This document shows positions 34,901 to 42,695 of a stretch of 64,000 nucleotides of DNA, piece by piece. The stretch spans positions 2,064,477-2,128,476 of the forward strand of contig CAWCYZ010000002.1 of assembly GCA_963799925.1 (NCBI GenBank), given 5' to 3'. Under the pieces are notes generated by a model. The model was not told the origin of the DNA. It did not search any database and saw nothing but the letters and a program-made list of their open reading frames with translations. The position numbers were made by a program, and so were the translations under genes. This DNA comes from an uncultured Acidobacteriota bacterium (GTDB lineage: Bacteria > Acidobacteriota > Thermoanaerobaculia > Multivoradales > UBA5704). Position 1 is the first letter of the stretch. Every line of letters starts with the position of its first letter.

Positions 34901-35127
34901 ATGCCGTTCATCTCGTTCTCGACCGGGATGGTGACGAGCTGCTCGACCTCCTCGGCGGCGTGGCCGGGGAAGAGCGTGATGATCTGCGCCTGCACGTTGG
35001 TGACGTCGGGATAGGCCTCGACCGGCAGGCGGCGGAAGGCGGCGATGCCGGCGGCGGCGAAGAGCGCCAGCGCCGCGACGACGACGACGCGGTTGCGCAG
35101 CGCATAGGAGGTGAAGGCGCGGAACAT
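31999..35127 (-). CDS. CusA/CzcA family heavy-metal efflux RND permease
   Basis: EAYPDVTNVQ, GAIDFGIIVDSAVVVTEN, EGKIFRPMA, VGFIALFGVAVQNG. Confidence 0.93.
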   Translation of the reverse strand: MFRAFTSYALRNRVVVVAALALFAAAGIAAFRRLPVEAYPDVTNVQAQIITLFPGHAAEEVEQLVTIPVENEMNGIPRRASMRSISLFGLSVVTIVFDDDADSVYVRDQAFERLQAVQFPPGAQPSLSPDSTPVGEIFRYTLQAPPGFSPLELKSLEDWVVERQLRQVPGVVDVVGFGGPTKQYQVLVDPLKLKSYGVSLKQVLDALGSGNRNAGGAYIEHGSEMYVVRGIGMVRTLDDIGAIAVAASNGTPVYIRDVGRVAEGAALRLGRVGRVLGRGAAAAGTGDQDDVVQGTVLLRKGENALEVLSRVRAKVAEIDASDLPAGVRLVPHYDRTELIDRTLHTVRKNMAEGIGLVLLVLVLFLGLGNWRSALIVAAVVPLSLLGAFLLLDLRGIPANLISMGAIDFGIIVDSAVVVTENLLRILEERGDKVRSLGAAIVQSVAEMGKPILFSKAILLTAFVPLYTLQRVEGKIFRPMALTLTFALLAGTLLAVFVVPTLLSFALRGQRRGHHAWLVARLQRLYGAALDGALAHRSLALAGAVALLAAAGFVGALLGSEFLPKLDEGSLWVRVSMPGSISPTEADRITTEVRRRLAAFPEVRAVVSQLGRPDDGTDVNGFDTAELFVDLAPREEWKTAADREGLSAAIRRRLQQIPGIDLTVSQVIEDNVNEAVSGIKSELSVKIFGHDPVELQGIADRVAEVLKTVPGAADVAAERLLGQPQVQIAVDRQAVARSGLTVADVEAVIETGLGGAVATQVLEGERTFDLIVKMVPTAVSDLDAIRALPVLGPNGEKLVLGSLARVEVAPGFARIFREENARRTAVKLSVAGRDLGSLVAEGKRKVAAALHLPPGYRLEWTGAFENQQRAVGRLEVIVPLTLVAVFFLLFLAFDSTRMACLILLNVPFAAVGGILALAAADIDLSVSALVGFIALFGVAVQNGVLMVERIRELRGEGRELDGAVREGAMSRMRAVVMTAAMAALGLLPAALSHAVGAETSRPFAVVIVGGLLTSTLLTLFVLPLLYPLFEPTFERTSEREPVA

Positions 35128-35149
35128 GGAAGCGGCGGGCGGGTGCGCG

Positions 35150-36304
35150 TCAGGCGCGCGAGGCGAGCACCGACTCGAGCAGCAGGCTGCCCTCGGTGAC
35201 CACCCGCTGCCCCTGGGCGAGGCCGCCCAAGATCTGGGTCCTGCCCGCCCGCTCGGGGCCGGGGGTCACCGGCTGGCGCCGGAAGCGGCCGCGGCCCTCC
35301 TCGACGAAGACGAAGCGGCGGTCGCCGTCGCCGACGATGGCGGCCGTCGGCACCTCGAGGCCCGGCCGCGCCGCGGGATCGCTCACCTCGACGTCGACGT
35401 ACATCTCGGCCTTGAGCAGCCGCTCCGGGTTGGCGAGAAAACCGCGCGCCTTGACGGTGCGGGTCGCGGGGTCGAGGGCGTCGCCCACCACCTCCACGCG
35501 GCCGGCGAAGACGCGGCCGGGGTAGGCCGCGGTGCGCAGCGTGAGCGCCATCCCCGGCTTGACGTGCCCGAGGTCCTTCTCCGTCAGGTCGAGATAGACC
35601 CAGAGGCGCGTCGGGTCGGAGATGGTGAAGAGCGGCGCCTGGGCGTCGGGGCGCACCTCCTGGCCGGGGTTCAACGCGCGGTCGACGACGACGCCGCGGA
35701 TCGGCGACACCAGCCGGTAGCGCTGGTCGACCCCGCCGGCATCGCCGCCGAGCAGCCCGAGCCGCGCCCCCGCCCGTGCGCTCTCGACCGCGCTCCGCGC
35801 GCGGTCGGCCTCGGCGGCCTCGAGGTCCTTGCGCGGCGCGGCGCCGTGCTCGTAGAGAGTGCGGGTGCGCTCGAGCGTCCGCTCGGCGGCGGCGAGGTCG
35901 GTCGCCGCCCGGCTGGCGTCGGCCTGCGCCTGGCCGAGGTCGGGCGAGGCGAGGAGGGCGAGCGTCCGGCCCCGGCCGACGCCGTCCGCCACGTCGGCGA
36001 GCAGGCGGACGACGCGGCCGGCGACGGGTGAGGCGACGCGGGCGGTGGCGTCCTCGTCCCAGGCGAGGCGGCCGGTGGTGCGCAGCGTCGAGGCCGTCGC
36101 CGCCGCCTCCGGCATGACCGGGATGGCGGCGAGCGCCGCGAGCTCGGGAGCGTTGGCGGCATAGGAGATGCGGTCGCCCTCGAGCCGCGGGCCGGCGGGA
36201 TCGCGGGCCGGCGCCGCGCGGTGGCAGCCGAGCGCGCCGGCGGCGATCAGACAGAGCGCGGCCGAAAGCATTGCGGGGGAAGAGGGGGGCTTCTTCGTTC
36301 TCAT
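35150..36304 (-). CDS. Efflux RND periplasmic adaptor subunit (CzcB/CusB-like), lipoprotein
   Basis: Lipobox ALGC; SPVAGRV, SPIRGVV, DPATRTVKAR, LKAEMY. Confidence 0.9.
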   Translation of the reverse strand: MRTKKPPSSPAMLSAALCLIAAGALGCHRAAPARDPAGPRLEGDRISYAANAPELAALAAIPVMPEAAATASTLRTTGRLAWDEDATARVASPVAGRVVRLLADVADGVGRGRTLALLASPDLGQAQADASRAATDLAAAERTLERTRTLYEHGAAPRKDLEAAEADRARSAVESARAGARLGLLGGDAGGVDQRYRLVSPIRGVVVDRALNPGQEVRPDAQAPLFTISDPTRLWVYLDLTEKDLGHVKPGMALTLRTAAYPGRVFAGRVEVVGDALDPATRTVKARGFLANPERLLKAEMYVDVEVSDPAARPGLEVPTAAIVGDGDRRFVFVEEGRGRFRRQPVTPGPERAGRTQILGGLAQGQRVVTEGSLLLESVLASRA

Positions 36305-36309
36305 GATCG

Positions 36310-36512
36310 CGGCTCGAAGAGAGGGAGGTTCGGCGGCGGCGAGGTCGGCCGCCGCGGCTCAAAGCGCGCCGGCGGGCCGCGGCCAGCGATAGGACGGAAG
36401 GTTCGGCCGCGGTTGCCGCCGGCGCGGTTTCGCTTTCGGCTGGCAAGGCGCCGAGGGCGAGGCAGGAAAAGAGCAAGGAGAGTAGCGCGGTTCTACAAAC
36501 TCTTGGGACCAT
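36310..36512 (-). pseudogene. Probable relic of a TolC/CzcC outer-membrane factor (N-terminus only)
   Basis: MVPRVCRTALLSLLFSCLALGALPA...LSLAAARRRALSR then (+1) DLAAAE, resembling the TolC first helix; sits where czcC normally lies. Confidence 0.45.
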
Positions 36513-36555
36513 GCCTCGCTTGCCCTCGGCAGCGAGGAAGATAGTCGAGCGGGCG

Positions 36556-37950
36556 TTAAGCCCGCACAAAGATGGGGGGAGCGGGCGTAAAGAGGCTACA
36601 AAGAAGGTCGAGGCTAGTGCGCCGCCCGGCGGCCGCTCCGTGACCCGTTGCCGTTCCCGGCGGCGCTGGCCGGCGCGCCGAATGGCCGGCGGGATCGCCT
36701 GCCGCCGCGGCGCCGCCGGCGGGACCCTCCTCGCCCGCCGCCGCGAAGGCGTCGAGGGCCGAGAGCGGCGAGGGGTCGGGCGCGCCGGTCTCGAGGGCCG
36801 CGGGCTCCGGCTCGGGCGGCGGCATCGGCCGCCGAGGCTCCTCCGCGAAGCGGCCGCTCGCCGCCGCGGGGCAGCACTTCGGGCCTCGCTCGCCGTTTCG
36901 CTCCCGGTTCAGCTCGATGCTTCGCTCGAGATCTCGCTCGAGACTGCGCGTGAGGTCGCGCGAGCCGCGGGCCGTGGGGCGGCGGCGTCCACAGCGGGCG
37001 ACGCGGAAGCTCCGATAGGGCTCGCGGACGTAGGCCACCTCGCCGCCGGCGGCGGTGCAGGCGGAGATCCGATAGCCGTCGATCCAGATCGTCTCGGCGC
37101 TGCCGATGAGCTCCAGGAGCTCGGCCTTGGCGGCGTCCCGCCGCGCCCGTGCCGCGCGCTCGGCCCCGCTCGCCGCCTCGTACGCCGCGCACAGCTCGCT
37201 CGCCCGCGCGCTGCCCCGCAGGTCGAGGAAGCTGCCGCGGGCGGCGTGGCGATAGAGCGCCGTCAAGGTCCGCAGGTCGGCCTCATAGCTCGCCTTCGGC
37301 GGCCGGCCCGCCGCGACCTCCCGCCAGAAGATCGGCACCTCCCGCTCGATGCGCCGGATGGCGCCCGGGTGGCGCTCGTAGGGGATGACGCGGAGCTCGT
37401 CGCCGCCGATCAGCACGCCCAGGGCGCCCCAGAGCCGCCCGGTGCAGGCGAGCTGGTGCTGGAGCCGCAGCTCGTAGTGGATGGGCGGCCGGCCGCCCTC
37501 CCAGCCGCGGAAGGCGGACCGGTCGACGGTCTCGACCTCCAGGATGCCGGCGCCGCGCCCGTGGGAGAGCACCTCGAAGTCGAGCGAGCATCCCATCCCC
37601 GCGACCGCGGGATGGGTGACGTAGCGGTGGACCTTGCGCAGCGTCCAGCCCATGCGGTCCGCCGCCCACTGGCCGACCGCCGGCTTGAGGTACTGGCCCC
37701 AGCGCAGCGCTTCATCGCCTGCATCGCCCGAGAGGTCGCGGTCGGGGAGCTCGCCGCGCTTGCGCAGATAGAGCTCGAGGCGGGTGACCGAGGGGCTGAG
37801 GTTGAACAGCGCCGCGGCTTCGCCGCCGCCGACGTGGCGGCCAGGCGCGTCCCGGCGCTCGGCGGGGAGCTCAGGCAAGGTCGCCGTGCGGTCGGAAACC
37901 GGCGGTCGGGCTGCGGTGCTGCCGTGGGTGGAGGTCGTTCCTCTGGACAT
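36556..37950 (-). CDS. YqaJ/lambda-exonuclease family homolog with substituted catalytic residues
   Basis: VGGGEAAALFNLSP, LELYLRKRG, ALRWGQYLKP, CSLD, ILEVET, PPIHYELRLQHQLACTG, VLIGG; low-complexity C-terminal tail. Confidence 0.8.
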   Translation of the reverse strand: MSRGTTSTHGSTAARPPVSDRTATLPELPAERRDAPGRHVGGGEAAALFNLSPSVTRLELYLRKRGELPDRDLSGDAGDEALRWGQYLKPAVGQWAADRMGWTLRKVHRYVTHPAVAGMGCSLDFEVLSHGRGAGILEVETVDRSAFRGWEGGRPPIHYELRLQHQLACTGRLWGALGVLIGGDELRVIPYERHPGAIRRIEREVPIFWREVAAGRPPKASYEADLRTLTALYRHAARGSFLDLRGSARASELCAAYEAASGAERAARARRDAAKAELLELIGSAETIWIDGYRISACTAAGGEVAYVREPYRSFRVARCGRRRPTARGSRDLTRSLERDLERSIELNRERNGERGPKCCPAAASGRFAEEPRRPMPPPEPEPAALETGAPDPSPLSALDAFAAAGEEGPAGGAAAAGDPAGHSARRPAPPGTATGHGAAAGRRTSLDLLCSLFTPAPPIFVRA

Positions 37951-38157
37951 CTCTCGGGCGTCTCTTCAGCTCGATGAGCCGGGACGGTACGGGGTAGGAC
38001 GTCGTGGCGGCCCGCGAGGGTATTGCATCCGAGGAGACGACCCGAAGGCCCGCTTCGAGCCCATCCCCGTACCTTGAACCTGATAATTCTAGCCATCAAT
38101 AGGTTATTCCACAAGGCTCCGGCGAGGGAGCGCCGGCTCCTCCGGCGCCTGCGCCGC

Positions 38158-39834
38158 TCAGCATTCGGCGGTGAGCGCGGCGAGGCTCGCGGCGGGGAGG
38201 CGGAGGGTGAAGGCGCTGCCGCCGCCGGGGCGATCGGCGTAGGCGAGGCTGCCGCCCTGGGCCTCGGCGAGGCGGCGGGCGATGGCGAGGCCGAGCCCCG
38301 AGCCGCGGGCGTCGGGGGCGACGCCGGCCGGCCGATAGAAGGGCTCGAAGATGCGCTCGCGCTCGGCCGGCGGGACGCCCGGGCCGCGGTCGAGCACCGC
38401 GATCGCGAGCAGCGGTCCGTCGCGCCCCATCTCGACGTCGATCGGCGTCTCGCGCGGCGAGTACTTGCCGGCGTTGTCGATCAGGTTGACCAGGATGCGC
38501 AGCGAGTGCACGAAGTCGAAGCTGCCGACCGGCACCGGCTGGGCGAGGTCGATCGCGGTGCGCACCTCGCGTCCGCCGAGGGCCCCCGCGACCTGCTGGA
38601 TCGCCGCGCCGACGAGGTCCTCGGCGGTGTTGATCTCGGCCTGCATGGCGATGCCGCCGGCGTTCAGGCGCGAGAGGTCGAGCAGGTCGGCGACCATCTG
38701 GTTCAGCCGGTCCGCCTGTTGCTCGATGACCGCGGCGCGCTCGTCGCCGCCGGCGGCGATGTCGTGGGCGAGCGCCTTGATCGCGGTGAGCGGCGTCCGC
38801 AGGTCGTGGGAGACCGAGGCGAGGAGCGCGTCCTTCAGACGGTCGGCCTCGCGCAGCGCCTGGGCGTGCTCGGCCTCCGCCACCAGGCGCATCCGCTCGA
38901 CGCCCAGCGCGGCGTAATAGGTGATGGCATTGAGGAAGCGGCGGCGCTCGGGGTCGAGGGCGAGCGGCCGCGAGTCGGCGAGGCGCAGCACGCCGACCGC
39001 GTGACCATGGGCGACGAGGGGCAGGAGGAGCGCCCGCGCCCCGGCGAGCGCGGTGCCGGAGGTGCCGGAGTCGTCGAGCGCGCCGGCCGCGGACGCGGGC
39101 GGGAGCGGCCCCTGGCCGGCCGGCGCCGAGCCTTCGCCGTGCTCGACCGCGGCGTGCCGGTGCTCGGCCACCCAGGCGATGAGCGCCGGGGGCGGCGGCA
39201 GGCCCGCGGCGGCGGCGGTCTCGGTTTCCGGCCTCTCGGCCGCGGGCTGGCGCGAGCTCGCCGCCCGGTGGGGCGCGCCGCCCTCCTCGACGGTGTAGAT
39301 CTCGCACAGCGCGGCGCCGGTCGTGTCGCGGATCACCTCGACGATCGCCGAGAGCGTCTCCTCGGCGCGCCCGACCGAGAGCGCCTCGGCGCCGAGCGAC
39401 GCGAGCTGGTCGACCTCCGCGGCGCGGCGGCGGGCCGCGTCGGCCTGGGCGTTGGCGTGGCCGAGGAGCTGCGTCGCGACCGTCGCGGTGGCGAGGAAGG
39501 CGACGAGCACCAGCCAGTCGAGCGGCTTGTCGACGGAAAGCCGGTCGTAGGGCTGCTGGAGGAAGTAGTCGATGAGGAGGAAGCAGGAGCACGCGAGGGC
39601 GAGCCCCAGGCTGCGGCCGCCGCCGACGCTGCCGCCCAGCACCACCAGCAGGTAGATGAGGGCGACGTGCGCCTGATCGATCCCGCCGCGCAGCGGGATC
39701 AGCGCGGCGGTGACGGCGAGGAGGACGCCGACCCAGAGGAGCCACGGCCGCACCCGCCGCCAGCGGCGCCCGGGCGCGTGCTCCGCCACGGCCTGCCCGC
39801 GTCCGGGAGCGGGGCGCGAGGGGAAGCGGAGCAT
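38158..39834 (-). CDS. KdpD-like sensor histidine kinase (DUF4118-GAF-HisKA-HATPase), lacking the N-terminal KdpD/Usp domains
   Basis: Four TM helices with DYFLQQPY; SVSHDLRTPLT, NLIDNAGKYS, DRGPG, GSGLGL. Confidence 0.88.
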   Translation of the reverse strand: MLRFPSRPAPGRGQAVAEHAPGRRWRRVRPWLLWVGVLLAVTAALIPLRGGIDQAHVALIYLLVVLGGSVGGGRSLGLALACSCFLLIDYFLQQPYDRLSVDKPLDWLVLVAFLATATVATQLLGHANAQADAARRRAAEVDQLASLGAEALSVGRAEETLSAIVEVIRDTTGAALCEIYTVEEGGAPHRAASSRQPAAERPETETAAAAGLPPPPALIAWVAEHRHAAVEHGEGSAPAGQGPLPPASAAGALDDSGTSGTALAGARALLLPLVAHGHAVGVLRLADSRPLALDPERRRFLNAITYYAALGVERMRLVAEAEHAQALREADRLKDALLASVSHDLRTPLTAIKALAHDIAAGGDERAAVIEQQADRLNQMVADLLDLSRLNAGGIAMQAEINTAEDLVGAAIQQVAGALGGREVRTAIDLAQPVPVGSFDFVHSLRILVNLIDNAGKYSPRETPIDVEMGRDGPLLAIAVLDRGPGVPPAERERIFEPFYRPAGVAPDARGSGLGLAIARRLAEAQGGSLAYADRPGGGSAFTLRLPAASLAALTAEC

Positions 39835-39866
39835 GGCGGGCGAGTCCTGTCGGCGCGCCGGGCGCC

Positions 39867-40607
39867 TCAGCGCGGCATCTCGAGCCGGTAGCCCACCCCG
39901 GGCTCGGTGACGATGATCCGCGGCCGCACCGCGTCCTCCTCGATCTTGCGCCGCAGGTTCGCGACGTGGACCCGCAGGTACTGCTGCGGATCGCCGAAGG
40001 CGCGCCCCCAGACGGCGTTGAAGAGCTGGCGGTGGGTGAGCGTGCGCCCGGCCTGGGTGACGAAGGTCCGCAGCAGCTCCCACTCGATCGGGGTGAGGTG
40101 GATGGGCTGGTCGCCGCGCTTGAGGGTCCGTGCCGCGAGGTCGATCGCCAGGCTGCCGATGGCGATCGGCTGCGCGCGGTCGGGAGACGCCGCCGCCTGG
40201 GCCCGCCGCAGGTTGGCGCGGACGCGGGCGGTGAGCTCGATCGTGCTGAACGGCTTGGTGACGTAGTCGTCGGCGCCGGAGTCGAGGAGGAGCGCCTTCT
40301 CCTGGTCCGAGTGGCGGGCCGAGAGGACGATGATCGGCGCGCTCGACCATTTGCGGATCTCGCGGCAGACCTCGACCCCCGGCATGTCGGGGAGGCCGAG
40401 GTCGAGGACGATCAGCCCCGGCTCCTCGGCCGCCGCGAGATCGATCCCCTCGCCGCCGGTCGCCGCCTCGAGCATCCGCCCGACCTCGCCCTCGAGCGCC
40501 CGCTTGACGACGCGGCGGATCTGCGGCTCGTCGTCGACGATCAGGCCGGTCAGGCCGGCGGCGCCTTCGCGCGGTGGGATGGGGGGCGGGCCGGGAGCTT
40601 CGGGCAC
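39867..40607 (-). CDS. KdpE-like OmpR family response regulator
   Basis: VDDEPQIRR, LDLGLPD, GADDYVTKPF, YLRVHVANLRRKIE, TEPGVGYR. Confidence 0.92.
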   Translation of the reverse strand: MPEAPGPPPIPPREGAAGLTGLIVDDEPQIRRVVKRALEGEVGRMLEAATGGEGIDLAAAEEPGLIVLDLGLPDMPGVEVCREIRKWSSAPIIVLSARHSDQEKALLLDSGADDYVTKPFSTIELTARVRANLRRAQAAASPDRAQPIAIGSLAIDLAARTLKRGDQPIHLTPIEWELLRTFVTQAGRTLTHRQLFNAVWGRAFGDPQQYLRVHVANLRRKIEEDAVRPRIIVTEPGVGYRLEMPR

Positions 40608-40699
40608 GGGCCGAATTGTACGCCCGCACGAACGGGTGGGGTGGGCCTGACCCCGCCTCGAGAAATACCTCTACAATAAGCAGCGAGGAGCGAACGCCG

Positions 40700-40921
40700 A
40701 TGACGGAAGCAGGGATGGGACGACTTCAGGGCAACACCATCACGCTCGAGGAGCCGGTTCCTCCGCTGGAGGGCCGGCGGGTTCGCGTCCTGCTGGAACC
40801 GGTTGAGGATAGCGAGGCCAGGCTCACCGCCGACGAGCAGGCAGAGCTCTGGAGAGCTTGGAACGAGCAGGGTCCGCAAGGTCCGATCGATGAAGCCTCG
40901 CCGATGGAGCTGCTGCCTTGA
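40700..40921 (+). CDS. Putative antitoxin
   Basis: 73-aa acidic ORF with RBS GAGGAG, overlapping the toxin start (TTGA). Confidence 0.65.
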   Translation: MTEAGMGRLQGNTITLEEPVPPLEGRRVRVLLEPVEDSEARLTADEQAELWRAWNEQGPQGPIDEASPMELLP

Positions 40922-41238
40922 TCCAACGCGGCGAGATCCGTTGGTTCCGATTCAACCGACCGGACAAGCGCCGGCCGGTCCTCGTTCTCGGCAAGGAAAA
41001 CCTTCTGTCTGCGCTCTCTCAGATCCCGGTCATCCCACTGTCGACCCAGGCTCGCGGCCTTCCATGGGAGGTCGAGTTGCGCCCGGCAGAGGGCGTTCCC
41101 GGCCTTTGCTTCCTGAAGCCCGAATGGATCTGCGCGGTAGACCGCACAGCGCTCGGCCCCTGGATCGCCGATCTTCCCGCCGCCCGGTGGGGAGAGGTCC
41201 GCGGCGCCCTTCTGGAGTTCCTCGGGTTCGAAGCCTGA
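40918..41238 (+). CDS. PemK/MazF family toxin
   Basis: RGEIRW...DKRRPVLVL...VIPLST motif. Confidence 0.85.
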   Translation: MIQRGEIRWFRFNRPDKRRPVLVLGKENLLSALSQIPVIPLSTQARGLPWEVELRPAEGVPGLCFLKPEWICAVDRTALGPWIADLPAARWGEVRGALLEFLGFEA

Positions 41239-41316
41239 GCCGCCGTCCCTCTCGCCTGCCAAGCGAAGGGGCAACGCGGCCGAGCCGCGTTGCCCCGCGA
41301 GGAGACGATGGCTGGA

Positions 41317-42666
41317 CTAGTGCTTGTGCCGGGGGTGGTGGCGCTGCGGCGGTGCCGGCGTGGTCTCCGCCTTGGGCCAGCTGAAGAGACGGCCGAGGTT
41401 CTGCAGCGCTTCGGACGAGAACGCGGCGACGCCCGAGATCTCGCCGCCGGTCGCCGGGGTGGGGAGCGCCGTCGGCCCGAAGATGTACGACGAATAGTCG
41501 ACCGGCGGGATGCTCGAGCCGAACTTGGCGTTGATCGCCGCGATGAAGGCGTTGGCGACGTAGGCATAGCCGAACGCCGTCGGATGGACTCCGTCGTAGG
41601 AGAAGACGCCGCCGGTCAAGTAGGCGCTGGTGAACTGGACCCCTCCGACGTCGATCCCCGAGGTGGCGAGCTGGTGGAGCAGGGCGTTGGTGTCGACCAC
41701 CGCGGCGCCCACCGTTCCGGCGGCGGCGCGGATCGACGCGTTGTAGCTCGCCACGCGGTCGGTGATCGTCGCCGTCTCGGTGGCGTCGAGGACGACGTTG
41801 TCGGTCAACGGCGTGCCCCTGCCGCCGAGCTGGACCGGGATGCCGATGCCCTGGGCCAGCTCGGCCTGCGCCGTCAGCAGCACGTGGTCGCCGGGGCCGA
41901 GCTGACCGTGGGGACCGATCAGGAAGACCGGATGGCCGCCGACGACGACGGGCTGCTGGGTCGCCGGGTTGACCACCACCGGCGGGATCGTGGTGACGAA
42001 CGGTATGGTGGTGACGTCGGGGATGAGCGCCACGGCCATCTTGGCGCTGCTGTTCTGCGCGATCGCGCCGAGGAGCGTCTTGTACTCGGCGTCGAACTGC
42101 GCCGCCGGGGTGAGCGTCATGTCGTTGACGATTCCCGAGGTCGCCGCGTTGAGCGCGTCGTTGTTGCCGATCCAGACGGTGACGAACGTCGGATGGAGCC
42201 CCAGGGCCTGCTGGATGTCCGTGGTGTTGCCGAACGCCGGATTGCGCAGGATCAGGTCGTAGATGCCGCCGCTCGTGGTGGCGAGGATGTCGTGGAGCGT
42301 CGCGCCGGGAATCCCCAGGTTGTTGTAGGGCCGCGGCAGGGAGGCGTTCGCCGGTGCGCCGTGGCCCGGAGTGGGCCCGATGACGAGGGGCGACAGGCTG
42401 GTGAGCTGGAGGACCGCCGGGATGCCGGGCGGGGTGACCAACGGCTGCTCGAAGCCGGCGTCGCTCCCCGTCGCCTGGCGGTGGATGAGGGCCGGATAGC
42501 TGTTGACCTGTGCGGTCTCGACCAGGCCGCCGCTGGTATAGCCGGCGGTCAGGCTGTCGCCGATCGCCACGTAGCGGCTGAAGTCGAGCTGGGCGAAGGC
42601 GGCAGTGGTCGTCGCGACCGCGAGCGCCGTCGCGAGCAGCACGGTCCTGAGGGTGGGACGAAGCAT
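41317..42666 (-). CDS. Secreted SGNH/GDSL hydrolase
   Basis: Signal peptide; GDSLTAG, NLGIPG, WIGNND, DGVHP. Confidence 0.9.
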   Translation of the reverse strand: MLRPTLRTVLLATALAVATTTAAFAQLDFSRYVAIGDSLTAGYTSGGLVETAQVNSYPALIHRQATGSDAGFEQPLVTPPGIPAVLQLTSLSPLVIGPTPGHGAPANASLPRPYNNLGIPGATLHDILATTSGGIYDLILRNPAFGNTTDIQQALGLHPTFVTVWIGNNDALNAATSGIVNDMTLTPAAQFDAEYKTLLGAIAQNSSAKMAVALIPDVTTIPFVTTIPPVVVNPATQQPVVVGGHPVFLIGPHGQLGPGDHVLLTAQAELAQGIGIPVQLGGRGTPLTDNVVLDATETATITDRVASYNASIRAAAGTVGAAVVDTNALLHQLATSGIDVGGVQFTSAYLTGGVFSYDGVHPTAFGYAYVANAFIAAINAKFGSSIPPVDYSSYIFGPTALPTPATGGEISGVAAFSSEALQNLGRLFSWPKAETTPAPPQRHHPRHKH

Positions 42667-42695
42667 CGTGTCTCTCCTTTTCCGTGCGAGCCCGG

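Noticed and set aside
36556-37950. Prophage around the YqaJ homolog
   Set aside because: No integrase, recT, structural or other phage genes nearby.
38104-38113. DnaA-box-like TTATTCCACA
   Set aside because: Single imperfect copy with no oriC context.
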